This document shows positions 25,680 to 37,290 of a DNA stretch of 64,000 nucleotides, piece by piece; position 1 is the stretch's first letter, and the number at the start of each line of letters is the position of its first letter. Source of the stretch: Phallusia mammillata (Eukaryota); contig OZ281495.1 in the NCBI GenBank assembly GCA_965637545.1, positions 27,404,001 to 27,468,000 of the forward strand. The letters run 5' to 3'. The notes under the pieces were generated by a model. The model did no database searches and was not told the origin of the DNA. It saw only the letters and a program-made list of their open reading frames with translations. The translations under genes and the position numbers were made by a program.

Positions 25680-26492
25680 GTACAACCCGAACGACAAACT
25701 TGTCGTGATAACGAACCACTGGGAGATGAAAAAAATGAGTTTAAAAAAGCACAAAGTTACCCATATCTTTATATTTGCTCACTTAACCCTTCAAACAAGG
25801 TTCACGGAAAGTAAATGCGCTTTACGCTTCGGCTCTCGTTTAATTACGTCGTCAAGCATGGAAAGATTTTTTGCCACCAACAACTGCTTGAAAGGTTTAT
25901 GGTAGCAATATACAAGTCATCCAATATTTGCCAACAAGCCGAACTCGAAAGATTACGTTTGATATTGAACAACACTTGATCTCACTCACGCCTCGCCAAA
26001 TATCGCAGAGCCATAAAAGCCTAATTGAAGTTTTATTTATTGCTCCATACACACTTTTGGAGGTAGTAACGCCTTGAGATAACACGCCTTGATTACTGAT
26101 GAAATTAGCAGGTAGCCACGTTAGTCCGTGCTAAGGTTTTACTTCGCTGTTATTTCAATTGGTTTTTGCATCAGCAATTAATAATTGTTATCGATGACAA
26201 GCTGGTACTTTTTTATTGTTTTTGTTAAATAATTAAGTTGTAACAAGTAATCAATCAAGTATTGCTGCGAGGAAATTGCTGTTGCCTCGTGAGACTCGTG
26301 TCATGACTCATAACCCCGAAAGTCGAACCTTTGTTTTATACTCACAACGCTTCGCAATGAGTTGAGATTTACATGTGCAGAACAAACGTTATTGTGACCT
26401 TTATTGCCTTCTTTTCTTGTTTATTTCTGCATAAATAGTACCGAATTTAACCGTTCAAATAGATAGGGTCAGCTATTTGCAATGGCCACTAG

Positions 26493-27167
26493 TAGGGCTG
26501 TTATCAAACAAATAATTATTTGATTATTTGAAATTTTTAATTATTTGAAAATTTATCAAATAATTTTTTACTCAATTTCAAATAATCAAACAATTTTTTC
26601 CTGTGCAGTAAACCTGAATTTAGGTGCAAAATCAATTGATTTGGACACATTGGTGACATTTTTATAAAATAGAGCGTAAACAAAGCACTACAACATATGT
26701 TTTCAGCCTCATATAACCCTTTTCCCAAAATAATTTGGACTAAAGCATATGATAATTTATATTTGAGCTTATAGTTTGGTATTAATTACACCTAGTAACA
26801 TTTAAGGTCATTCAAACAAGTGATTAAAATGTTAAAGACCAAAGTTTAATTAACTAAGTGTCCACGAGAAATCTGTTAAAATAATGTGAAACAAATACTT
26901 GAGGAGAATACATGGCTCAGCCAAATTACGGAGAATAACTAAAGCATGTCTGTGCCATTTTTTTAAAAAAAGGTTTAGCATAGATTTAATGACAAGGAGC
27001 ACAACCACATTGCCGTTTTTGCTTAATAACTTTGAAATATCGTTATTCTTTAATGGTTCTGGGCCTTACATCGTTCTATTTTAAAATTATTTGAATTATT
27101 TGATTTGAAAGGAAAAAATTATTTGATTATTTGAAAAATTCGAAATGTTTGTTTGATAACAACCCTA
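26493..27167. mobile_element. 675-bp MITE, hAT-like
   Basis: ~20-bp TIR TAGGG(C/T)TGTTATCAAACAAA with subterminal TTATTTGA repeats; imperfect 8-bp TSD GCCACTAG / GCCACTGT. Confidence 0.7.
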
Positions 27168-27658
27168 GCCACTGTGGCTCCAGCTGATCCATTTGTGTTT
27201 TCGTCGTTGTCATTTGAATGTAGCCTACATAACTGCTTACTATGCGCGTGAACGAAATAAAGGAATTGAATGGAATTGTAATGTGGATCAAAGCTTTTGT
27301 GCGCCTTAAGAATTGACTGAGTAAGGCATTTTCTAAAAGCTTACAATGTCAAAAGAATTTGAATCATGCAAAAAAATCAACGACGGTTTACGTTGTTGGT
27401 TAGGCCCAACTTTCATAAAAAATCGCCACCACTAACACCCGTAAGGCATTTTGTTCTGGCGAATTCAAAAAAGTTTTGAACCAAACACCGAAGTTTTTTT
27501 CAAACAAAAGCCGATTTACATCCAATGATAGTTTTAATTACGGGTATCAAACCTACTGCTACAAACCACGGACACTGTTAAATAACCCCGTTCAAAATTT
27601 TATGGCTGCTTTAAATCTCATGATGTTTTTGTTACAGTGCCTGTACAGCAGCAACAGT

Positions 27659-27840
27659 ATGTCGGAAATGTATAAAAATGCCATTGTGTTTTACGTGGCT
27701 ATGGGCTGTATGCCACCTCCCAATATATTTCAGCTTCAAATTTTGACCAGGAAAAAGCGCATGCGATTAGCGAAGATATGGCATGCAAAAAGTGGCGTAT
27801 CAAGGTACGACACCTTCTTCCGCTGAGCGTCTGTAAAATA
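27659..27840 (+). pseudogene. Subfamily C remnant (C4) with a large internal deletion
   Basis: MSEMYKNAIVFYVA start, as in C5, joined within ~80 bp to the C-terminal MACKKWRIKVRHLLPL segment. Confidence 0.75.
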
Positions 27841-28374
27841 AATTCGTGTTAACTTTACGAAAACTCAAGTTTTAGATATATATGTAAGAAAGCATTCAAC
27901 ATTTTCCATAGTCACAAAAAAGGATTTACCCTATAGGGTTGCTATATATAGCAACGGCAGTCGTATTTTTAAATTAGTTTGGTAACAACAACGTCCGTTT
28001 TATTGAAAAGCGGCCAAGGGGAAAATTAGACAGAAACGTTGTGAATCCTTGTGCATCGTATCATGTTGTCCAAAGTTAGCTGGCTTTCGTAATTCGTTGT
28101 GATGTTGTTAGTGTGCGCTCAATGTATACATGGAACAAACACCATTTTTTGTGTCGCATTTGTATTCTTCCTATCATTTCCTTTAGTTGTGACGAAAACT
28201 TAAAGTCAAGTGCAAAAGTTCTCAACTGGGGATTATTTTGTCTTAGATGTAAATAAAAAAAAAAAAACATTTAACATATTCCTAAGAGATAAAAATGGTT
28301 TACTATCTAACAACAAATTTCATTTTGGTGGATTAGTAGGCCTATGGTAACAAACTTGTATATTCCGTGTAGAC

Positions 28375-28744
28375 CAGCGGTTCTCAACCAGTGGGCCATG
28401 GCATTAAGAAGAAGTGTAAATTAATTTGAATTAATCTATTTACGGTAGAAAGTTACTTTTCTGCAACCCGGTCTGTTTATGATGTAACAAACTACTTTGT
28501 GATTACAATAAAGCCAGATAATAGCAGCATATCCATATTACTCGGTCATAACTGAAAGTGCTTGTGATTTTTTTGCATTAAGTTATTTTGAACTTATAAT
28601 CTGTTTCAAACATGTTCTGCAGTGTTTTTTGGTTTGAACCTATTTTATAGTTATAGTTTTTATACTTTCATAAAAAATTACTGGGCCACAGAATTTTTGT
28701 GCAATGAAAGTGGGCCACGAATGAAAAAAGGTTGAGAACCACTG
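28375..28744. mobile_element. 370-bp hAT-type MITE
   Basis: TIR CAG(C/T)GGTTCTCAACC; perfect 8-bp TSD GTGTAGAC. Confidence 0.9.
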
Positions 28745-29523
28745 GTGTAGACGGTCACGGTCTGGTAATTAGGCAAAAATTTTTAGATGGCAAAGCCTTG
28801 TCTGTTCCGATGTCCGATTGGTGGCAGTAACCACTGTAGCTCTTTACCGCTACTTGGTGTTGGCACACCTTGTGTTCACTGCACCTTGTTTCAACTCCTC
28901 CCCTGTCTTTGCCTTTTTACATTTTAATCACTGTAAGCTGCCGCAAAAATCGTGTCTGTACGGCTAAACTTGGAGCATGTCCATTCATCGTTAGTCGGTG
29001 CCCCGGACAAAAACTGTATTCACAGCTTTTACTTCAATTCAAAAATTAATGCATAAAACACAACGTTGCGTCCCCTTATATGTCGGCCCGTACACTTGGT
29101 GCGCCTTAGGAAACTATCTACTAAGTCACAGTCCCCAGAAATAAAGTAGTCACAGTTACTTCAACAAGACTGCAAATTAAACTTAAAAAATGTGGAATTT
29201 GAAAGATTTTTTTTTCCAAAACGCTTTGACACTAGTATAAATAACAACAAAACTTTTGGTTTAACCATATCTTTTAAAAACGTACACATCGCTTCCTCAC
29301 TGCAAACTGTACGCATACAAACATATCTCCGTTACTGGTGCAACTAACATTTGCAACAAAACCATTCGAAAACAATTTAGCAGTTTTTCAGGTACAATTG
29401 GGAATTTTCCAGTATAATTTTGTAAATAAACTTTTCTTCAACGAAAAAGATTGCAAGTTGGTAAGAGTAATATAAGACACACTACTAACACTTGCCAAAA
29501 CAACGCAAGGCCTTAATTTAGGG

Positions 29524-29756
29524 CAGTGGTCGGCAACCGCCGGTCCGCGGCCCGGTACCGGTCCGCGACGAGTTCGTTACCGGGCCGTATAATTTTTCAG
29601 GTTAAATGTTTTCAAATATTTTGCCCAAATATCCCGGGGATGATAAAAAAATGATGCGTTTTTCTGGAAAAATATTTGTAGTTTTTGAAGGCCGGACCGC
29701 GATAAATTTTCAGTATCAAAAACGGACCGCAGTAGAAAAAAGGTTGCCGACCCCTG
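29524..29756. mobile_element. 233-bp hAT-type MITE
   Basis: TIR CAG(T/G)GGTCGGCAACC; perfect 8-bp TSD ATTTAGGG. An empty paralogous site lies at ~23230-23245. Confidence 0.9.
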
Positions 29757-30643
29757 ATTTAGGGCACACAGGCTGGTGGTGGCGCTAGAGAGATTATAAA
29801 CTGAAAAGGGGTAAATATGCAAAACGTAGAAAGCACAAGTGTATAAAACTGAGCAAGAATACTTACAAAGCAGCACAACAGCAACATATGCGCGTAATTA
29901 ACACGTAAACTAGGATACAAATTACTAACACCATCTAACGCGTAAAAATATTTACATAAAATCTTTAAACCTTCAGTTGTGTCATATATAATCACAACGT
30001 TTTTAAATTGTTATTGTTACAAAAGTTAACTTACAATTCAAATTAGGCATTGCGAAGAACGATCGGTTATTTAAAAAAAGTGAGTAAAAGCAAAACAATC
30101 TGACCATATCACTATTACAGTGATGTACAAAATATATGCTTTTAAGAGTGAGTTGTACAGGAATTTAAGCTACCAATTCGTAGTTTTTGCTTTAACATAA
30201 TTCTCCACTGTTTGCACGTAAGATATTCGTCGATATAATGAGCTTTTTCATCGTTGTTTCCCACTGAACTACTTGAGACAACTGATGACAATGAGGAACT
30301 GAATCCTAGTATTGAGGATTTTGAGTGCATGGGAGGTTGCAGACGCCGAGGCACCCTGAACACTGATGGACCAGCCTTTGAAATATCCTTTAAAGCTTTT
30401 AGCCCTTTGTTTTAGTTCAGGTCGAATGTCCCTACGTCCAGGATCACAGCACATACAAGAACCGTTTTTGTAAGGTCCAATTTTGAAAATTTTCCCGGAT
30501 CTATTTCCTATCAGATTGGAAACTCCTTTTGCAAAGTTGTCATTCCTGAATTCCACATTGAATGCAACCTGAAACACATTGTAGTTTGAATAAGTCAAGC
30601 ACCGATGGGTGACTAACTACAACGCGTTTATTATACATTAAAC

Positions 30644-31715
30644 CAGTGGTTCTCAAAGTATGGGTCGCGACCCAAACATGGGTCGCGCAGGGTCAAAAAA
30701 TGGGTCGCGCTATGGTGATTCAATTCTGCCCAAACGAACTATTACTACATTAAGTAAACACAAACGAATTTACCTAATGTAGTAGTAGTAGTAAAGTCGC
30801 CTCACAAAGTCGACTACGTTGTACAGTAAAATGAACCGATCATTACAACCAGGGAGTCGAACCGGAACTGAACCCGAACCCGCGAACCTGTTTGAGCGGT
30901 TAATTTCATTAAACCCGAACCGAACCCGAACCGCTAATTACGATTTTCCAAAAACCCGAACCGGAGTTGAACCCCATATTTTGTTTGGCGTTGGACCCGA
31001 ACCGGAACCGAACCAGTAAAAAATGCAGTCTGTTTTATATTTTGTGATATTTTTAAGAAACAGCGCAGTGAAGAATACGCGAGATAACACTTATAGGGCG
31101 TGTCAAAAATAACAGTGCACGGGCAAATTTTTTTTAAAGTTTGATAAGGCCAGACAGATGATTTTAGAATTAAATGAAAACAAATAAAAATTTGAACCGG
31201 TTTAAAAACCGCAAACCGGTTCGAACCGGATAATTTGCCCAAACCGGAACAAAACCCGAACCCGAAAATAAACATTTTTAAAAACCTGAACCGAACCCGA
31301 ACCCTTAAAAACAAAACCAAGTGAACCCGAACCGAACCTGAACCCATATGACAAGCGGTTCGACTCCCTGATTACAACATACAGATAATAGCCTTCTATT
31401 TTTACTGTTACGCACATGTCGATTGTAACGTCATAGCACGGGAAATCATAGGACAAGTTAATCTTGCATAACTGAACGGGAGATGTAACAGTTAGCGTTG
31501 AAGGATGAGTATGTATTCGTACAAGAAAACATTTTTAGATTTGGGATTCACTTCAATCAATCGAACGAATCGACCTCATTAAGCCTGCAGCCATTTTGAC
31601 GAAAATTGCAGTCCGTCCCGTTAATTATTACATTTTTTGATGTTTGAGGCTTGGGTCGTGAGATGTTCATAAAACCCAGATTTGGGTCGCGGTCAAAAAC
31701 GTTTGAGAACCGCTG
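30644..31715. mobile_element. hAT-type MITE (outer element)
   Basis: TIR CAG(T/C)GGTTCTCAAA; perfect 8-bp TSD CATTAAAC. Confidence 0.9.
30850..31370. mobile_element. hAT-type MITE nested in 30644-31715, with GAACC(C/G) subterminal repeats
   Basis: TIR CAGGGAGTCGAACCG; perfect 8-bp TSD ATTACAAC. Confidence 0.9.
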
Positions 31716-32329
31716 CATTAAACTATGCATTAAATACCCATCTTGCGCTAAATCATCAGTTGCCAGTGAAGCACCAACAATGCAAATAATAGCACAACAT
31801 TCTTGGATGCTTTGAAAACGCTTTGCTGGAACATTTTCTTTCATCTCTGCGTACGAATCACAAACCATTTTTGCACCATCGCTGTGGGAAAACCAAATTA
31901 AACTGATTTTGCCACATTGCTTATGTTTTTGTGCAATGGTTTTAATTTTTTTTTTCAACTTGTCATCATCGCGTCCGAAGACGCTGTTATGTTATTTGGC
32001 AAAATTATTTCAACGCCCGGTTCAAATTCGAGATCGAACACAGTTTCTTTTATGATTTTCCAGCTAACTTTGAATATTAAAGGGTCACTGGCACCCAATC
32101 CAGGAACAAAATAAAGATGGGCGTTTGGGCAAGTTGTCATGATTTTAAGCACAACAGAAATATAAACCTCTGTATAAAACAAAAATATTGTTTCAAATTG
32201 TGAAAAATGCATTTTAAACCAAAACTCAACTAACAGCACACATTAAATGTAAAAAAAGTTACAACATTATAGAACACGTTAAAACGGCAACAATATGTAC
32301 AAGTACGCGCAAAAGTTATGAATAACTCT

Positions 32330-32960
32330 ATCCATCTCATGGGTCGACACATCATACATGAGCAATTTTCACCCAAATTTTCGTCTCAACGTTACTCTCC
32401 AGCTTCGACAAGCGAGATAACGTGAGGAATGTTAAGTTCGTTTTAACAATCCATATATACAGGTGCATCTCTGTAACGTATCCACACTATTGGTTTTTAA
32501 TTAAATGCGAAAAACATGTTTCAAAATATAGACGTCGTACCATCGTACCAAACTTTTTTTACCTTTGCAATACTGGCCTCGGCAAACATCACTCCACCCA
32601 AAGTGATGACCGCCATTTTGTTTTGAATTTTCTCCCCGTCTTCTTCAGAAATGTTCTCTTTAATTTAATGAATGCTTTCTTCGAGCATTTTAGCTCCATG
32701 ACAGTGAGCAAAAAATACCAAGCCAATTTTGTCGCAGGGCTGATCTAATAATGTTGCAATCAATGATTTGATAGACTTGCTAAGGTCTTTATTAACTAAA
32801 GTTCCTTTAAACGCACCAGCAAAACCGCTGATGTTTGTTCAAATTTGAAGCTGATTCGATTCCTAATTAAATCAAACGATCGTTTCTTGCAATCTCCTTG
32901 CATCAGGTCTTGCGTCAATCTCTTCAATCTCCCAACATTACAACAGTTACCGAACGGCAG
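32330..32960 (-). pseudogene. Subfamily B pseudogene (B4)
   Basis: Degenerate B3-like exon 1 with frameshifts; exon 2 mostly deleted; upstream 32960-33440 nearly identical to 25690-26150. Confidence 0.75.
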
Positions 32961-33549
32961 ACATAACGAACCACTGGGAGATGAATCATAAAATATTTGC
33001 TCACGTACACCACATGCAGCAGTGAAAGTGAGTTTAAAAAAGCACAAAGTTACCCATATCTTTATATTTGCTCACTTAACCCTTCAAACAAGGTTCACGG
33101 AAAGCAAATGCGCTTTACGCTTCGGCTCTCGTTTAATTACGTCGTCAAGCATGGAAAGATTTTTTGCCACCAACAACTGCTTGAAAGGTTTATGGTAGCA
33201 ATATACAAGTCATCCAATATTTGCCAACAAGCCGAACTCGAAAGATTACGTTTGATATTGAACAACACTTGATCTCACTCACGCCTCGCCAAATATCGTA
33301 AAGCCATAAAAGCCTAATTAAAGTTTTAATTATTGCTCCATACACACTTTTGGAGGTAGTAACGCCTTTAGACAACACGCCTTGATTACTGATGAAATTA
33401 GCAGGTAGCCACGTTAGTCCGTGCTAAGGTTTTACTTTGCTTTTATTTTTTACTTTACTTTTTTTTACACTGTTAATAACACCGTTTAAAATTTTATGGC
33501 TGCATTGAATTTCATGATGTTTTTGTTACAGTGTTTATAAAGCTGCATT

Positions 33550-34522
33550 ATGTCGAAAATGTGTAAAAATGCCATTGTGTTTTACGTGGCTGGCTTAGGA
33601 GGGATAAGTACTTCCAACTACACGGACGTACTAAGACAACTCAACGAGACCATATTTGGGATCCAGTTTGACCCCCAAACCAAAATATTTCCCAACAAAA
33701 GCTGGCTCTTGTCTCAGGATAAAAATTTGACTGCAAATATCAAAGATACCGCTTTGGGTCATCGGCATTGTGAAAACATCAGCATGATTTGGTTATGCCA
33801 CAGTCACGGAGCCAAAATGGTCTGCGATGCTTACAAGGAGCTACAAGATAGACAGGAATTTGACCGGATACGGAACAGTTCTGCCATAATTTGTATCGGT
33901 GGCGTTTCGTTGGCAGAAAAAGAATTGGCAAAGGTATCAACCAAACTAGGGATAAAGCAGCGCTTGTTCTGCATGTGGTCTATGCAATGTTTGTTTTTTG
34001 TTACAACTGGAATACGTGTTGTTAATAAATGCGTTTCTTTAAAATCTTCCACAGCATTTTTTTTAGCTTGGGTGGCCTATAAACATCTTGATGGAGCCAA
34101 ACAAAATCACAGATTTTTTAATGCGACACTTGCAAGAAGTTTGCCAATCTTAGTTTAAATGTCTATTTTGTATTAAGGTTACGCTTAACGTCGAGTTTCA
34201 AAACGATGATTTTTCACAAGCAGCCTCTCATCTGGTCGGCAACAGAGACAACGCAGAAGTGTTAAAAATCGGTCCGTACAGAAACAAAGTGTGCGAATGT
34301 TGCGAAGGTTCACAATCCCCTGAAATAACAGAAGCGGAAACAAACGTCGTACTTGGCTTTTCTAGCGCTTGTATTGCCAGTTCCAAACAGAGTTCAGCAT
34401 CAAGTTTCAAGTACGAAAAGGCACATGTGATTAAAGAATATATGGCATGCAAAAAATGGCGTATCAAGGCAAAAATGCTTCTCCCGCTAAGTCAAAGTGT
34501 CTGTGAAACCCATTTCGCTTAG
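33550..34522 (+). CDS. Subfamily C copy C5, intact, 242 aa (exons 33550-33933 and 34178-34522)
   Basis: FYVAGLGG, WLCHSHGAKMV | VTLNVEFQND, CECC, AHVIKEY. The intron is 244 bp, phase 0. Confidence 0.85.
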
Positions 34523-36904
34523 CTTTTCGAAAACTCAAGTCTTAGATGTGTATCGAAGCAAGCATTCATAAATTTCCTCAGAAACTAAAATTCGTTTACT
34601 CTATACCAAAAATTTTGTTTCGACTTTGTTCATTGAGCAGTTTTGGTGGATTAGCTTGGTACCAAAACGTATGGGCTATTGTTATTCTAAGAATCTCTTG
34701 TGTATTTTATCATGTTGTATATAGTTTGCTGGATCTCGCAATTTGAGGTGTTGTCAGTGCGTGAATGCGCATACATATGAACCAAATACGATTCTTTGTT
34801 TGCTATTGTGCCGCGTTGTATGTTTGCTTCTGCATACATTTGCATTCGTTCTATCGTAAACACGTATAGTCCTAATATAGCGATTCAAACAATGTTGCTA
34901 ATTTATTGTTGGTGGCCAACAAGTCATGTTAAAAACCAAGTTGGAAATATGCAATCAACTGGTCAAAACAGTAACAGATAAACTTTTTATTACCAAGCAC
35001 AAAAACAAATTAAAATTTATGATATTGTTTGGAACCAGCCTCAAAGAGTGTATTAGGTCATTTTATGAGTACCTATGCTTTCTGACTATGAAGTTATTAT
35101 GTATAATTATTGAAGTACATGAAGCCCTTAATTCCTAAAACCATGTAACATTACTTAAACACAGCAAAAAGACACAAGCAGAAATTTAAAAATGCATTTA
35201 TTGTTATAATATTTTAATATAATGGCCCTTCCAAAAATTTCTATGCTGAAAAGCCACTGCATAATTATCGTAAAAACGTCCATAAAAGTTAACACTACTT
35301 TTCTGAACAAAGTTGTTACGGAATTAGTTTGGTAACTTACAAGTTTTAACAAAGTTTTGGACCTGCAAGTTTTGTGTAATTGTTATTACGACCAATCCAA
35401 ATTTGAAAGTGTTTGTTTTTAACTTTTTATAACTTTTTTAAAAATTTGGCAACAAAAATGGAAAGGCTGTGTTGTCGAAATGAAAACTTATTAAGATATA
35501 TTAGTAATGGGGTCATTTTAGTTTAATTAAAGGATTATTTCATCTGAAAAAAATTACTTTAAATAGATTTTATTACGGTTTTGCTTGACAGCCATTGCTT
35601 GCAAAAAGGATATAAGTTAACTACGTTGCTTGTTTGAACTTTATTTTGACCAAAGCAAGGTATAAATGTATCGATTGGTTTCTAGACTTTTTTTAAAAAA
35701 ACATGAAAATGTTGGGCTTTATTAACAGCATAGGTGTGTATTAAGACCCAAGTTTATTTTTTAAACTGTCATCCCACAGAAACAAAACTTGTAAACGTCC
35801 TCAAAATCTGATGGACATTTAATATCAACCTCTGCAACCATTAAGTAAAATTTGGCCTCAAACTCGTAAATGGATTTTCAGTTATACGCAATAGTTTAAG
35901 GAACCTTATTACTTGCAGGTACCTCAATTGTTAACGGAGGCTACCTCCTTAAATCGTAAAACGGTCCAAGATCCTGCACAAACGATTTATCGCTAAAACC
36001 AAGTTACAACGGTGACTTCACCACTGGCCAAATAATATATATTATGAAGAATAAAACCTCTGCTGTTAAATCACGACACGACACGATACGGAACAACGGT
36101 ACAAGGGTAGTACAACGGCAGCAAAAATCGCGCACACTTTACCGGGGCCAGCTTGGAGAACTGATTTTCCAACCACGAGGAAAAACTACGTTACACGCAT
36201 CTAGTAAAATATCCAATAACAACGCGCCACGGGAAATCATTGAAGCGGGGATGCGTTCGAATTTTACAGGTGTTAAAATAAAAAAATGATTGAAAAAGGG
36301 TGCAAACATAACACAAGAAAACAAAAACGGAAAAACGAGAAGTGAAAGGAAAAACGTGAAAGGAAAATGTCTAAGCAAATTATACAAGAAAACAAAACAA
36401 ACCGACATTATAAAACATAAAAACACATAAATTAGTAGATAAATTACATTACTGTGGAAAACAGGGGCAACTAGAAGGGTGGCTTAGCACATATTGCCCT
36501 TGTTTATACACCATAACCTATTTTAAAACATTATTACATTTCATACATTTATTTTATATTGGGTGCTATATTAGCCCCTTCTTGCATAACCTTGGTTGTT
36601 TCTGCAAGCAAAACTCATTGATGTCACACATGCTAAGTTGTAAATAACACATGCTAAGTTGTAAATAATGCATTTCAAGAGATAACTGTAAGAAAGTTTG
36701 GGTTTGTAAGGTCAAACACAGTGATTGGTACTGTGCATTAGTTAACATGCTGTATGGAGTACTACAAACTATTCAAATTTCATTTTATTCATACATTTTT
36801 CATAGTGTTTTTTATTTATGTTCTATTTTCAGGAGAAAAAAGGCTAAAACACAACAACAAGCTCCTATTAATGGCAAACTGCCCACGATTGTAGAGGAGT
36901 AGTC

Positions 36905-37290
36905 GGGTAAATGATAGGGCTACAGGGTTGAACACAACAATCAACACCTATACATGGCACACTTTACAAGCTGTCCAAATGTCATTCAACTCAGACATTG
37001 TTTAAAAAATTGACCCATTTTGGAGGGTTAGCGGGGTAAATGTTGGGGCCACAGGGTTAAACAACAACAATCGACAACTATAAATGGCACACTCTATAAG
37101 CTGTGCAAATTTCATCCAATTCGGACATTGTTTAAAAAATTCACCCATTTTAGGGGACCAGAGGGATAAATGTTGGGGTTACAGGGTTAAACACAACAAT
37201 CGACATGAATAAATGACAACTGTACAAGCTGTCCACATTTCTTTAAATTCCGACACTGTTAAAAAATGTCACTTATTTTAGGGGGTTACT
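36905..37290. repeat. Tandem repeat, ~3 x ~129 bp
   Basis: Units start at ~36905, 37034 and 37164 (GG(G/A)TAAATG..GGG..ACAGGGTT.AACA.ACAATC...). Confidence 0.8.

Larger units (their letters stand above)
30142..32140 (-). pseudogene. Subfamily A pseudogene (A5) with nested MITEs in its intron
   Basis: Frameshifts in both exons; CHSHG has become SHSDG; donor GTA has become GAT; exon 2 starts at 30568. Confidence 0.85.

Noticed and set aside
30819-31456. EPEP/RVRFRF-rich ORFs
   Set aside because: These are translations of GAACCC/GAACCG repeats inside a MITE.
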